A stretch of DNA of 27,387 nt. Origin: a virus (taxonomy: Duplodnaviria > Heunggongvirae > Uroviricota > Caudoviricetes). Within the stretch, counting starts at the first letter, position 1. Each line of letters begins with the position of its first letter. Below the pieces are notes generated by a model. The model was not told the origin of the DNA. It saw only the letters and a list, made by a program, of their open reading frames with translations, and did not search any database. The position numbers and the translations under genes were made by a program. Of this stretch, positions 6,832 to 17,796 are shown in pieces. Where the stretch lies: positions 1 to 27,387 of IMG/VR virus record IMGVR_UViG_3300014890_000018. One strand, written 5' to 3'.

Positions 6832-9384
6832 TTATTTACCTAGCATGAACTGCGATGGTGGGATCAGAAAGTCGTTCCCCTGCTCACGCTCAACACGGCG
6901 CTGATAACGCTCAAGAGAGCCTGGGTCAAGGGCATCTTGTATCCGGTTCAATATTAAACCATTCATCGCCGTACGAAGCCAGAACACGTTGAGGAATGGC
7001 GTATTGTCAAGTGCCGTGCGATACCAGTCACCCAAATCTGCATCCCCTCTCGTGGTCTGCTGGAGCAGCGTGATAATGCTGTCAGCGTTCGATGCTGCCG
7101 GCCCCATTAGCGACGTAACCGGCCCGGCCCCCATGCGGTTGACCTCGCCAAACATGAAGTCACCCAAGATGCCAAGACCGCCCCCCTGAGATGCGGCTGC
7201 GAGAAACGTCTTGGCATCTGCCGGGCGTGGTGTTTGCCCTTTCAGCATGAGTTTTGACTGCATGGAGATATAACCAAACATAGTCGCCCAGACAAAGAGG
7301 TTTGCAGCACCAAGGAAAGCCCCCTTCCCGTTACGCAGCAGCGCATTCGTCAGCGATCCGGTTTTCGACTCACCAAGCCCAGCAGGAATATAACCACGCC
7401 CGAATACTTCGCGTCCTAGTACGTTCTGCATGAAGCTTGCAGTGAACGATTTGTACTGACCAGCGAATCGTATTGCTTCCCCAGCCACCGTTCCTGGCAC
7501 CGTGCCCATCTTCATAAACGCCTGCGTGCGATCGCCAGGCTCTGACATGGCGATATTCAGGCGGTCAAGGATGTAGCCGCGCAACTGCCCTTCCAATTGA
7601 TCGCGTGCGTCAGCGATAGCGCGCTGCGTTGGCTTGATCCCCTTACTCTCTACATAACCGGCAATCACTTCGTCAGGCACGCCGCGGATGCCGCTGGTCG
7701 TCATGAACTTACGACCTTCGCTATCGGCCATGTCCATGTTGCGAAAAATTTCCCACTCACGTTCGCCAATACCGTGCAGATCCAGCACGCGTCGCAGGTC
7801 TTCCGGTAGCCTCGCATGAGGCTGGTCAGCATTCTTTGCAAGCCAGTTGGTTATCATCATGGCGTTACTGTTGCGACCGCTCTCGGTCCAGAAGTTCATG
7901 AGGTTGTACTTAAAGAAAAGCTGCTGCGCGCGACCAAGTTTTCCATTCAGCGTGTCATCACCAGATATGCGCCGGATGATTTCCTGCGTCATGGAGTCGG
8001 AATAAACTCCGATAGAGGAAAGGATCTCTTTCTGCTCCGCGCTGTTGTAACGCGTGAAGCGGCCTCTCATAGCACCAAGCAACGCCTGCATAAAATTCTG
8101 CCCTTGGTAGCGCATCTCGGTAGCGGCGATAGGCACGTCGTTAAACGATGAGATTACCGCGCCACCAAGCTGGCTCATACGCAACCAGCCGCGTACAGCC
8201 GCAGACGCATTGGCCCAGCCTACGCTGCCAGGAATATTTAGCGAGCCGTCAACCTGCGGCATTACGGTACGGTTAATGCGACGCACCTTCGTCATGTAGT
8301 CAGCCAACGCTGCCGGTCTTCCGGATTTGCTGATATCTTCAGCAATGGTGTCCGTCAGGTACTTAAACATGTTCTGTGGGTTAGTGCCCAGTACGCGCAT
8401 CATGCCCGTTGTGCGGGCAGCGCTGTTTAAGCCACCAAACAGCGCCTCTCGCAGGCTGCCGGTGCCGAATTGCTGGTTGTACTCGTGCCACGAGATACCA
8501 TCTTTGAAGTGCAAAATTCGCTCTTGGCTGGCGCGTTTAGCTGCGTTCGCCGATCCCTTAAAGCCATTCATCCAATCGGGCTTTTCAGATGTAAGATGCA
8601 CGCCGGAAGCCAGCCCGTTATAAATGTTACGCATGAACTGCTCGCGGTCAGCCACGCCGTCAAAAGTGCGTTCATCAAGGCGCGGGAGAATAGCATTTCG
8701 CCATGCTTCATAACCTGCGGCGCGGATCTTCATGATGTCGTGTGACTGGCGCACTATATAGCCCGGCTCTTTGCGTATCCATGCCCCGGCGCGGTTCTCA
8801 TCAATGCGCGCAGTTTCCTGCCATTTCATGATGATTTGTGCAGCGCTTACGGATTGCTTTGTCATACCGTCAGTTGACTGCCCGCGCCCTATGCGCCACA
8901 TTGCATCGGCAATTTCCCTGTCATTGCTGCCGCTGGCGATGAATTGCACCAGCCCGGCACGGTCAAAATCGTAGTTGATACCGGAATGATACTTGCCGCG
9001 CAGTTGCGCCACCTCCGAAGATACCGACCGGCGGGCGCCGGTACGCGCATCGTTGCGGCCAACCAGCATTGCTTCAAGCCCGATATCCGGGCGGTCTTTC
9101 CAGATAGTACGAAGCTCTCTAAGTCGTTGTGCGGCAATACGGGTGTTGATTGCCTTATTGCGAGACTCAATCTGTTTTGCCAGCATATCGGCATTGCTCA
9201 GTTCTTCCGCTGCGCGCATCGCGGCCTCTTCCAGAGACAGCGCCTCATTGGTCGCCAGAATTCGCCTAGTGGTGTCGTTCATGTCACGCACCAGCGACTC
9301 CATCTCATCGGAAGAAAGCTCGCGACCAGCGGCAGCATTTACACTGCGCTCGCACTGCGTCAAAAATTCGTTTGCTGCCATCAC
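6832..9384 (-). CDS. Internal virion / ejection protein (850 aa)
   Basis: Large ORF in the run of three large genes after the tail tubular genes, the position held by gp15/gp16-like core proteins in T7-like podoviruses; start overlaps the upstream gene stop. Confidence 0.65.
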   Translation of the reverse strand: MMAANEFLTQCERSVNAAAGRELSSDEMESLVRDMNDTTRRILATNEALSLEEAAMRAAEELSNADMLAKQIESRNKAINTRIAAQRLRELRTIWKDRPDIGLEAMLVGRNDARTGARRSVSSEVAQLRGKYHSGINYDFDRAGLVQFIASGSNDREIADAMWRIGRGQSTDGMTKQSVSAAQIIMKWQETARIDENRAGAWIRKEPGYIVRQSHDIMKIRAAGYEAWRNAILPRLDERTFDGVADREQFMRNIYNGLASGVHLTSEKPDWMNGFKGSANAAKRASQERILHFKDGISWHEYNQQFGTGSLREALFGGLNSAARTTGMMRVLGTNPQNMFKYLTDTIAEDISKSGRPAALADYMTKVRRINRTVMPQVDGSLNIPGSVGWANASAAVRGWLRMSQLGGAVISSFNDVPIAATEMRYQGQNFMQALLGAMRGRFTRYNSAEQKEILSSIGVYSDSMTQEIIRRISGDDTLNGKLGRAQQLFFKYNLMNFWTESGRNSNAMMITNWLAKNADQPHARLPEDLRRVLDLHGIGEREWEIFRNMDMADSEGRKFMTTSGIRGVPDEVIAGYVESKGIKPTQRAIADARDQLEGQLRGYILDRLNIAMSEPGDRTQAFMKMGTVPGTVAGEAIRFAGQYKSFTASFMQNVLGREVFGRGYIPAGLGESKTGSLTNALLRNGKGAFLGAANLFVWATMFGYISMQSKLMLKGQTPRPADAKTFLAAASQGGGLGILGDFMFGEVNRMGAGPVTSLMGPAASNADSIITLLQQTTRGDADLGDWYRTALDNTPFLNVFWLRTAMNGLILNRIQDALDPGSLERYQRRVEREQGNDFLIPPSQFMLGK

Positions 9385-11078
9385 ATCCCCCGGTTAATCA
9401 TACAGGCGGCAAATGCCCGGAAAGCGTTGCTCATGCTATTGTCGCTGGCGTCGGCACGAATATCATTGAGTTTCTGGCGCAACGTGGTCGCAAGATCAGG
9501 GTTATCGACAGCGATATCGTCAAGCAGGGCGTTACTCAGGTTGAGCTCGTTATCAAGGTCTGCAGCGGCAGCGGTAATTTCATGATCTGCCTTTTGCGTT
9601 TCTTGATAAACCCGATCGGCTGTTTCGCTTGCTGGGCGAGCCGTTTCATCAACCTGCCGTGCCGGGTTCTGTATGCGATGGATGGCGCGTTCACGCAGTG
9701 CCGATTTGTGCAGTTCATAGAAGGGCTCAACATCTGGGCTACGTCCTTCCATCATGTGTGCCAGCGCAGCGCGATACGCCTGCTGGTTCACGCTCCAGTC
9801 AGCATCCATGATGGCGCTTGCGGCAGTGCGAACTGCGCCAGCGACCGGCGACATCTGCATGCCGTCCAGGATCTGCTGCGCACGCTCGGAAATGGTGACT
9901 TTCAGGTCGTCGGGGATCTCGCCGCGGGAAATCTGAGACTGGCGCCAGCGCGCCTGCTCTGCTGTCGCGTTCTGCTCCAGCGATGTGTTGATCTCCTGAT
10001 TGCGTGCAGCGATGGCGTCTTTCTCGGCCTGAATCTCTTTCAGTGCCCTAGAGCGCGCATCCTTAAACTTCATCCGCTGCCCCTGATACTTTTTGGTGCG
10101 CTGCTGCAGCGTCGCATCAAGCGAGTCAGCATGACGTTGATTAGCCGCAAGCTCGGCACGCAGGTCGGCAACGTTACCGATCTGTCCGCTCTGTAACTCC
10201 TGCTGGCGCGCCATATAGTCAGGAACCACGTCGTCATAAGCCCGGCTGTATGCGTAGCTCTCCGCTTCACTGGAAATGGCCGCCGCCAGATCTGCGTTAG
10301 CGCCAACCTCAGGGATATTCACGCCCGCCGGAATGTTGTCAGGCGTTATCACCGGGGTTGGCTGCGCATCGCCAGAAAACGCCCGGGACTCTCCCGTTGC
10401 AGCATCGGGAACGCGACGCGGTCGCACGATATCGGCGATAAGGCCGCCGCCGGCATGCATTAGACCGCCAGCCATCGTGTTAAAGAAAGTACTTTCCAAC
10501 GCGTTGCTATAGGTGAAGTCGTCACCTTCCGCCGCCGCTGCCAGCCCGGTAAGCGGCACGGTCACCACCGCCTGCGCTGCCCCCATGCGTGCACCCGCAA
10601 CAAATCGCTCGCCAAATCGGCCAAGCACAGAAGCTGCCTTTGCTTCTCCAGCGAACGGAACCAGCGCCAGCGCCACGTTACCAGGATCTGCCATTGAACC
10701 AGCTAGGCTGGCTGCGAAATTAAGCGGCGTGGCTACCCACCCGCTCGGTGCCGACATCGCAATCTGCTGGCGTGCCAGAGAATCTTTGCGTTCGGCAATA
10801 ACATGATCGAGAAAAGCCTGCGTAACGCCAGAATCTGGCACGTTTATGCTCTTTACGCCGTACTGCTTCAGGAGCTCATCTGCGTCCTGCTTACTGATAA
10901 CTGTAGAGTTTGGGTCATTCGCCAGCGAGTCGACCTGCGCAAAGCGGTAGCCGGACATGACCGGCCCCTCTTCAAATCCCTGCTTAAGGGAAGAAAGCAG
11001 CGATTCGCCAAGCCCTGCTGGCGCGTTGCCAATTGGCTGGTTAATGCCCTGTCCCGGATCATCTGTGTAAATTGGCAT
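9381..11078 (-). CDS. Internal virion / ejection protein (565 aa)
   Basis: Position between the SLT-domain protein and the 850-aa protein; Gly/Ala-rich segments; translationally coupled to neighbours. Confidence 0.6.
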   Translation of the reverse strand: MPIYTDDPGQGINQPIGNAPAGLGESLLSSLKQGFEEGPVMSGYRFAQVDSLANDPNSTVISKQDADELLKQYGVKSINVPDSGVTQAFLDHVIAERKDSLARQQIAMSAPSGWVATPLNFAASLAGSMADPGNVALALVPFAGEAKAASVLGRFGERFVAGARMGAAQAVVTVPLTGLAAAAEGDDFTYSNALESTFFNTMAGGLMHAGGGLIADIVRPRRVPDAATGESRAFSGDAQPTPVITPDNIPAGVNIPEVGANADLAAAISSEAESYAYSRAYDDVVPDYMARQQELQSGQIGNVADLRAELAANQRHADSLDATLQQRTKKYQGQRMKFKDARSRALKEIQAEKDAIAARNQEINTSLEQNATAEQARWRQSQISRGEIPDDLKVTISERAQQILDGMQMSPVAGAVRTAASAIMDADWSVNQQAYRAALAHMMEGRSPDVEPFYELHKSALRERAIHRIQNPARQVDETARPASETADRVYQETQKADHEITAAAADLDNELNLSNALLDDIAVDNPDLATTLRQKLNDIRADASDNSMSNAFRAFAACMINRGM

Positions 11079-11079
11079 G

Positions 11080-13701
11080 TTATCGTCCTGATTGCTGGCC
11101 GTTCTGGAAAATGTTAATCAGGTTGTCGCGCTGACTTTCTGCGCTGTATTCCTTAGACTGTCCGGGAGTATATTTCACCGGAGTATCAATGAACTTGGTA
11201 ATGCGGTTCCATACTGATCGGTTGGTTGTTCCCAGTTTCGCCAGATCGTTGAACGTCACCGTAATCGGGTTGCCGTCGGCACCGTTGACGATCAGCCCGT
11301 TGAGCATCAGGGTAAGTCCTGTTTCGTCGCTGTTGGTAACCCACTGCGCATTATCACGAATGCGGGAGATACTCTGCTCACGGTTGACCTCATCAGGTAG
11401 CCTTGGGTCACCAATAAGCGGCATAATCTGATCTGCTGACAGGTTTTTCAGATACGCATTGGCACCATCGTTAACATCACGAATATCTATCCCTGCACGC
11501 TTAGGTAGCCGCCAAGTGCCATTGGTCTGGTACTGCTCGCCGAGGATGTCCTGATACGCCTGTTTTGCTGCATCAGACGCCGACATTCCGCGCTGCATGT
11601 TGATGTAAGTAAGTCGTTTTCCCTGCTCGTTGAAGTTATTCCACACGGCAGTGCCACCAGGCTGAACAACCATCGTGCCAGCAAAATCTTTCGATTGGTC
11701 ATTCCATGACGAGTCGGCGCTATCCGCGTCGGTTTTCTCAAGACTGCCGCGTAAGTCAGCAGTTTTAACGCTACGGTTTTGCCAGAGCGCATTTGCCGCG
11801 CGCGGGTTCTCGGTAGCCATGACAACCTGCAACGCAGGATAAGCGCTCTTCTGAACCTGCTGCATCACCTGATCCGAGTATTTGCCGAACGACTGCGCCA
11901 CCGACTGAATGGCCTTTACGCTAGATTCCTGCGTGTTGTCAATACGCTGCAGTACGTCGTTGACCATGGACTCCGGTAAAACTTTTTTGCTCATTATCCC
12001 CAGGCGGTCTTTTTCAGACTGTATGCGGGAAACTAGGTATTCACCAGATGAAGGGTCATTGAGGTACTGCTGGAATGCAGCCTGCACAACCGGAGAGTTT
12101 TGTTGCAGCCATGCCCCCGGATCCGCTTCCCGCGCCTTCAGTACCTGCCCAAGCTTGACCTTTGCCGATGCATAAAGCTCTGCTTTGTATTTAAAGTCAG
12201 GGTCGTTTTCCTGCGGTGCCATTGCCTGCACGGCGGCGGTACCCTGCTGGACGTTGCCCTGCATAATGGTCTGATAAACAGGTTGTAGCGTCATTGCCTG
12301 CTGGTATTGCTGGAAGGTTTTTTCCATCTGCAGGCGCTCGGCAGGCGCTGCCTGAAGCGGCATAACGGCGGCCCATTCGTGCGCTGAAATAGGCGTCACC
12401 TGCTTACCGGCCTCAATTTTGGATAGGTCGTCCTGCATTCGACTCTGTAGCGCAACGCGACCGGCTGAAGCCTGCATGTCGTACATGCCAGCAACCTTGC
12501 TCATCATCTGCGACTTTTTGTCCGGACTCATGGCGTTCCAGAATGGCTGTGCGATGAGGTTTTCCATCGTCGCAGATCCAGGAATAGCTCCAGCACTGCC
12601 AGTTACTTTTGCCACATAATTGCGCGTCTCGTCGTATGGGATAGCTGCGGCAAACTGGGCGTTACTGACTTCGCCTGTGCGCGGATCGCCAATCTGTTTA
12701 ATCCAGCCGTCAACCTTTCCTGGGCCAGCGTTATAGGCAGCTACTGCCAGAACCGGGTTATTGTCGTATTTCTTCATCTGCGCGCCGAAATAAGCTTGCC
12801 CCAAGCGGGCATTATAGCGCGGGTCATTCAACCATTTATCTCGGTCCCACGGCACGCCAGCAAGGCGGGCAGCTTCGGGGCCAGTATCTTCCGTCACCTG
12901 CGCTACGCCAACAGCGCCTTTTGGCGACACCAGAGGCGTTCCGTCCTTTCCGTACTGATTTCCGCCACTCTCCTGCCAGATTATTGCAGAGAATAACTGC
13001 GCCTCACTCGGTGTATCGGTTACCTCAATCTTGCCGTTCGGACCCATCATCTGTTGATACATCGGCACATACCACGCCTCCGCCGCACCGTTCGCGGCAT
13101 TCTCGCGCCACGAAACCCAGTTCTGTTCGATCTCTTCCTGACTCTGGCCGTGGGCTTCGCCGTAAGCGATGATGCTATGATATGCCTTCAATCCTGCCTG
13201 GTTTGCCATTGTCGGGTTACGGAACTGCATCGATAGGTTTTTTAGTGTCGCATCCTGCATATCCGCCTCATACTGGCGAACCTGTCCTATCTCGTGCCGC
13301 CCGGCCTGCGTAGTGAACTGAATACGCTGCTGCTGTGCCTGCCGCATGAAAGCATTACGAGCCTGTTCATCCGGCAGCGACATAGCCAGTTGCTCGACCT
13401 GGGCATCAAACTGCTGCGTATACTCCTGACCTTTTCCAATAGCATTTTTCCCTTTCAGGTTAAGCAAACCTGTTTCAGGGTTATTCAGCAGATCGCTGCT
13501 TATCTGGCTTAAGCTAAGAGAAGCCTCCTGAGCCATAGCAACATTCGCACGCTGTTTTGCCTGCGCAATAATACCTGCATATTGCTCTGCAACATCGCCA
13601 AGTACATCACCGACATTTGGTGTCTGAAACGATGAGAATCCCTGCGTCGAAATCCCTCTGCTTTGAACCTGACGGCCCGATGTTGTTGGTACAACTGGCA
13701 T
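11080..13701 (-). CDS. Internal virion protein with lytic transglycosylase (SLT) domain (873 aa)
   Basis: SLT signature read from the translation: AIIWQESGGNQYG ... GAVGVAQV ... AAYNAGPGKVDGW (catalytic Glu-Ser and AYNAGPG motifs), roughly nt 12700-13010; equivalent to the peptidoglycan-cutting ejection protein of T7-like phages. Confidence 0.8.
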   Translation of the reverse strand: MPVVPTTSGRQVQSRGISTQGFSSFQTPNVGDVLGDVAEQYAGIIAQAKQRANVAMAQEASLSLSQISSDLLNNPETGLLNLKGKNAIGKGQEYTQQFDAQVEQLAMSLPDEQARNAFMRQAQQQRIQFTTQAGRHEIGQVRQYEADMQDATLKNLSMQFRNPTMANQAGLKAYHSIIAYGEAHGQSQEEIEQNWVSWRENAANGAAEAWYVPMYQQMMGPNGKIEVTDTPSEAQLFSAIIWQESGGNQYGKDGTPLVSPKGAVGVAQVTEDTGPEAARLAGVPWDRDKWLNDPRYNARLGQAYFGAQMKKYDNNPVLAVAAYNAGPGKVDGWIKQIGDPRTGEVSNAQFAAAIPYDETRNYVAKVTGSAGAIPGSATMENLIAQPFWNAMSPDKKSQMMSKVAGMYDMQASAGRVALQSRMQDDLSKIEAGKQVTPISAHEWAAVMPLQAAPAERLQMEKTFQQYQQAMTLQPVYQTIMQGNVQQGTAAVQAMAPQENDPDFKYKAELYASAKVKLGQVLKAREADPGAWLQQNSPVVQAAFQQYLNDPSSGEYLVSRIQSEKDRLGIMSKKVLPESMVNDVLQRIDNTQESSVKAIQSVAQSFGKYSDQVMQQVQKSAYPALQVVMATENPRAANALWQNRSVKTADLRGSLEKTDADSADSSWNDQSKDFAGTMVVQPGGTAVWNNFNEQGKRLTYINMQRGMSASDAAKQAYQDILGEQYQTNGTWRLPKRAGIDIRDVNDGANAYLKNLSADQIMPLIGDPRLPDEVNREQSISRIRDNAQWVTNSDETGLTLMLNGLIVNGADGNPITVTFNDLAKLGTTNRSVWNRITKFIDTPVKYTPGQSKEYSAESQRDNLINIFQNGQQSGR

Positions 13702-13713
13702 CTTATTATCCCC

Positions 13714-14253
13714 TTATCGACCGGTTGGAGTGCCAACAGCAGCAGAAATCGGCGCAGCTTTCTGAGAGAACGGGCTCCACGTTCCGCCGCCCATCTGGTA
13801 TGCACCGTATGCTTTTAGTGGTGCCGTTAACAAAGTGCTGGTCATCGATGATTTAGCAGCCGACTGAGCAGCAGCCCCCTGTGCCTGAGCATTCATTCCC
13901 TGAACCTGATACCCATATGCCTCACGCTGAGCATTATTCACTGTCGTTAACGCATCAAGAGTGCCGAACTGAGCATTATCCGCAAAAACGTCAAGAGCTG
14001 TTCCGCTACTTAATTCCGCACCGGTAGCCCCCATAGTGGCCGCCGCAGTGCCTGAGCGTTGACGCATTTCACGACGACGCTGATCCGCTTCAATATTCCC
14101 ACGATTGATTGAATCCTGTGCCTGAGCTTCAGCAATTTCAGCATTCCGATCAGCTATGGCTGACTGGTATTTTGCCTGCTTGCTCTGGCTGTACATTGAC
14201 GCGGCTGTGGATGCCACTGTGACGGCAACCAAAGCGATGGCTGGGTTACACAT
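13714..14253 (-). CDS. Putative internal virion protein (gp14-like position), 179 aa
   Basis: N-terminal hydrophobic segment (PAIALVAVTVASTAASMY), Ala/Gln-rich body; sits between tail tubular B and the large internal proteins as gp14 does in T7-like phages. Positional inference only. Confidence 0.45.
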   Translation of the reverse strand: MCNPAIALVAVTVASTAASMYSQSKQAKYQSAIADRNAEIAEAQAQDSINRGNIEADQRRREMRQRSGTAAATMGATGAELSSGTALDVFADNAQFGTLDALTTVNNAQREAYGYQVQGMNAQAQGAAAQSAAKSSMTSTLLTAPLKAYGAYQMGGGTWSPFSQKAAPISAAVGTPTGR

Positions 14254-14717
14254 TATTTTCTCTCCATGTGAAATCTGTGGAAATTAAGACCAAGAGCACC
14301 ATAAGGCGCGGCTTCTTCAAGCCTGAATCCAAGCCAGTGCAACCATGCTTTGGCAACATGGTTTCGCTCGTCGACGTAGTTTTCCAGGCGCGGATAAACT
14401 GCCAACATCTGCTGCAATACAGGTCGGCAGTGGCGAAGAAATGTCTTCTGATATTTTTCAATACGGCTGGTTCCTACCAGCCAGGGCGTACCATTGCCAC
14501 CGATCATTGACGCCGGAGATACACCAAACATGGTTACCAGTTCTCCGTCCGCGAACCCTGACCAGGCCATAGTCGCAGTGCGAAGACCAACGCGCAGCGC
14601 ATCTTCGGTAGTCATCAGCGATACCGCATACAGTTCGTCAATATCAGCCTGACGAACATCCGGCAAAATCATCTGAAGATGCTCTTCGGTAGCGGGAATA
14701 ATTTGAACATCAATCAT
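14253..14717 (-). CDS. Hypothetical virion-module protein (154 aa)
   Basis: ORF translationally coupled (ATGA overlaps) between tail tubular B and the gp14-like gene; no motif recognised. Confidence 0.45.
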   Translation of the reverse strand: MIDVQIIPATEEHLQMILPDVRQADIDELYAVSLMTTEDALRVGLRTATMAWSGFADGELVTMFGVSPASMIGGNGTPWLVGTSRIEKYQKTFLRHCRPVLQQMLAVYPRLENYVDERNHVAKAWLHWLGFRLEEAAPYGALGLNFHRFHMERK

Positions 14718-17188
14718 CAGAATCCCCCAACGGTAAGGCGAGGAATAACGGCAAGAACAGACAGCGGCAACGGGTCAAGCTGACGGATTTTTACACGCCC
14801 GTTTTTGCCCCAGTTACTGTCCAGTTTCACTTCTACTTTTCCGGTAGCATCATCAACAGGATCATCGTAGAACTCGAATTCACGCTGTGGATATTCGTAC
14901 CATTTACCGCCGGGCGTAGTCGCCCAGATGCCGCGACTGGCATTCACAACCAGAGTAACGGAGGGGATCACCTGTTTTTTGTCCAGCAGCGTTTCCTGTC
15001 CGTTAATGTTGATATCCAGTGTTTCGAATTCAGCAGTTATTGGCAGGCCGATGTGCACTACAGCCCCCGGAGATTCCAGCGTGACGGCACCTCCGGAAAC
15101 CACTTTCTGTGGTTCCACGTTCGCATCAGAGAGAATGTTTACGGCCTGGCCTTCAAGATGAGACAGGCCTCCAAATGTCCGGCGCGCCATCTGCCAGTTC
15201 GTGGTGGCCACACTCCTGAGGGATGGCGGGACGTTCCTGTTAGCACGAACCACTACAGCGGTATTGCTAGTTACAGAAATAATGTCGCAACGTAATTCTT
15301 TTGACACTTCATCGCCAGTATCAGGATCAGTTCCGGTATAAGGGAACTGTAGTTGCGCGCCGACATCACTACTGGTGAAGTACGCACCACCAGAAACACT
15401 GATTGTATATTCCGCACGGTAATCCCATTCACCAGAACCAACAGTGATGGTCATCGTTCTGTCAGACGTATTTCTTCCATCATAGCTAAGGCCAGAATCA
15501 ACAAAGAAAGCATCTTCATCGCTGATAAATAAACGGCTGGACAGCCGCTCGATGTATCTCACTGTTTGCCCGTTAACGGTTCGGTTAACGACGAAATACA
15601 CCGCATCTTCATTTCCTTCGCTGATACTGCATGTGCTTTCATATTTTCCGGTACTGGACTGTGGTGCCCATGCAAAAACCTGTTGATCACGCAAATAGGT
15701 CATCACCAGTAATTTACCGTCATCACGAATGCAGAAGGCGCTGGAGTAAGGGACAATAGAGAAGCACCAGTCAACGATGCTGTGCTTCTGAAAAAGATGA
15801 TTAGCAAGGATGGTCAGGTCGTTCCCCTGATAGCCGTCAACATCGAATGAGTAGGCCAGATCACGGACAACACTGCCTTTCTCCTGGACGAACAGAGCAA
15901 TATTCGCCACAGCAATTGGTGGGACGTTGCTTGAGCCATTTGATCCCTGAGAGCTGAATGCAAATGATGATGGGGTTAACACTTTGTTCTGGTCGCCGGT
16001 GATGACGTACTCACCTCCGGAAGTCAGCGCCACCAGAGAGCCAACATCAATCAGGTGACGGATCTCATTAACCTGACGCCCGGCATAGGTGTAGATAATT
16101 CTGTCGTCATCCTGCGTAGGATTGCTTTTGCCAAAATCCTTATAATCCCCGGTACGGCTGGCCCAGATAGTCTGAGGGAACGCAGTCGATGCGGCGAAGT
16201 AAAGACGCTGTTGATAATAAACAACAGTGCCAGGATAACCATTAACACTGTTCCAGGCATATTTAGCCCATTTATAGCTGGCATTATCCTCGCCAACGAC
16301 CTGCGAAGGGATATAGGAAATCACCTCAGCAGTTGCAGTAGTGCCATTTACAGCAGTTATACGGGCAATGCCAAAACCACTGTGCAGATACTCCCACTCA
16401 ATGCCAGTATCATCATCACCGGAGCCGCCCCAGCCATCCCATGATGTGCCTTCTGTATGAGAAGGGCGCAAAGTGCCTGTTTTGCCTGCTGTAACGGAGC
16501 GATAGTAGTTACTGTCTGCACGGCGAATATCGCCAATCGACGTACTCTTGCTGGTTTCCCATACCGGTACTGAATCCACTGCTGGCTGTTCCAGATAGAA
16601 CAATTTGCCTACCTGCTCCGCGCCAAAAATAGAGGCGCTTGCCGTTAACGTAATTGTCCCGGTGCTGGCGCTGGCATAAACCGTCACTGACTCGTCAATA
16701 TTGATATCTTCAAATGGCCCGTTCTTCGTTACCACATCAACCAGTTGCCAGTTGTCATGCGCATAACGTCGCAACTCTTTCGGCGGGTATGCCGGATGAA
16801 CCAGCGTAAGCACGTCTGCGCTTTGCGTGAATTTAATTAGGAACAGATCGGCTTCAGTATATGGCGTGGCGATTTCATAAATAACATTACTGCTGTTCAG
16901 CACCAACGCACCATCTTTGATAACGCGCATGTACTGGTGTCCGAACTCCAGAGCATAAGTCTGAACCGTCGAGAACTGGAACGGGATCAGGCGGCATTTC
17001 CGATTTGGGTATTTGGCGGCACCGACAAAACGCGTACCAGGTCGATTCTCAACGCCGCCATACTGCCGCACGATAAAGTTATCGCACTTGCGCAATGCCA
17101 CCTGGTACTTCGCCATGTCGATACGTCCGTACAACGACGGTCCAATCTCACCACCGGCAAAGCTGGGCTGGATCCAACTGATAGCCAT
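14717..17188 (-). CDS. Tail tubular protein B-like (nozzle), 823 aa
   Basis: Size and position match T7 gp12-type proteins; N-terminus (MAISWIQPSFAGGEIGPSLYGR...) recalls the gp12 family from memory; ATGA overlap with the upstream gene. Confidence 0.65.
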   Translation of the reverse strand: MAISWIQPSFAGGEIGPSLYGRIDMAKYQVALRKCDNFIVRQYGGVENRPGTRFVGAAKYPNRKCRLIPFQFSTVQTYALEFGHQYMRVIKDGALVLNSSNVIYEIATPYTEADLFLIKFTQSADVLTLVHPAYPPKELRRYAHDNWQLVDVVTKNGPFEDINIDESVTVYASASTGTITLTASASIFGAEQVGKLFYLEQPAVDSVPVWETSKSTSIGDIRRADSNYYRSVTAGKTGTLRPSHTEGTSWDGWGGSGDDDTGIEWEYLHSGFGIARITAVNGTTATAEVISYIPSQVVGEDNASYKWAKYAWNSVNGYPGTVVYYQQRLYFAASTAFPQTIWASRTGDYKDFGKSNPTQDDDRIIYTYAGRQVNEIRHLIDVGSLVALTSGGEYVITGDQNKVLTPSSFAFSSQGSNGSSNVPPIAVANIALFVQEKGSVVRDLAYSFDVDGYQGNDLTILANHLFQKHSIVDWCFSIVPYSSAFCIRDDGKLLVMTYLRDQQVFAWAPQSSTGKYESTCSISEGNEDAVYFVVNRTVNGQTVRYIERLSSRLFISDEDAFFVDSGLSYDGRNTSDRTMTITVGSGEWDYRAEYTISVSGGAYFTSSDVGAQLQFPYTGTDPDTGDEVSKELRCDIISVTSNTAVVVRANRNVPPSLRSVATTNWQMARRTFGGLSHLEGQAVNILSDANVEPQKVVSGGAVTLESPGAVVHIGLPITAEFETLDININGQETLLDKKQVIPSVTLVVNASRGIWATTPGGKWYEYPQREFEFYDDPVDDATGKVEVKLDSNWGKNGRVKIRQLDPLPLSVLAVIPRLTVGGF

Positions 17189-17796
17189 CAGGACAACCTC
17201 GCAATGGTAAACTCATCAACCGGTGGCTGTGGTTCCTGTGATTCATTCTGGCTATGCGAGCCAGCACTAAGAATCACGCGATTGTACATATTGAGGGCAA
17301 ACGTACCGAGGTCTGCATTCCCAGTCAGCGCCATGTTAATAGCTGCCGCAAGACGCCAGGCCAACGCCTCCATAAAAATGGCATCAAACATGTTCACATC
17401 TGTAACGCGAGAGACATACTTGAGCCATGCCTGAGGCTGGTCTGTGTAGATCAACTTTCCTGTTCCGTTGGTGTCTGCACCAACTTCGTACTGAACGCGC
17501 ATTGCTGCTGTTGGATTGCGTACACCAGGAAGCATAATTTCAGTAATGCGCAGACAATCTGACGGGTACTGGTACGCATATTCCCAGTCAGGCGGTGGAT
17601 TGCTCGTATCTGCAAGCGCCACGCGTTTGGTAGCAAAGTTCCAGTCAAAATCAGAAAGCACAGCATCACGGCAGGCCTCAAAGTGCAGCGAACATTCCCC
17701 CGCTTCCTTGCTGGCTTCCGTCAGGCTGTTAATGCTGCGGCTGTTGCCAATATTGGACAGCGCACGATTACAGATCTCTACTACAGAGGCCATCAC
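17188..17796 (-). CDS. Tail tubular protein A-like (adaptor), 202 aa
   Basis: Size and position (immediately upstream of tubular B) as T7 gp11; start overlaps the preceding small gene. Confidence 0.55.
   Translation of the reverse strand: MMASVVEICNRALSNIGNSRSINSLTEASKEAGECSLHFEACRDAVLSDFDWNFATKRVALADTSNPPPDWEYAYQYPSDCLRITEIMLPGVRNPTAAMRVQYEVGADTNGTGKLIYTDQPQAWLKYVSRVTDVNMFDAIFMEALAWRLAAAINMALTGNADLGTFALNMYNRVILSAGSHSQNESQEPQPPVDEFTIARLS

Noticed and set aside
8944-10196. Long plus-strand ORFs (213, 134 and 274 aa) inside the internal virion protein genes
   Set aside because: Antisense to long, translationally coupled minus-strand genes; Arg/Ser/Ala-rich low-complexity translations typical of spurious reverse-strand frames.
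13450-13470. cctttcaggt followed by taagcaaa inside the SLT-protein gene, resembling the region B motif
   Set aside because: A 10-mer match plus an indel-shifted 7-mer inside a coding region; flanks are not shared and the AACCACATATG partner motif is absent. Probably chance.
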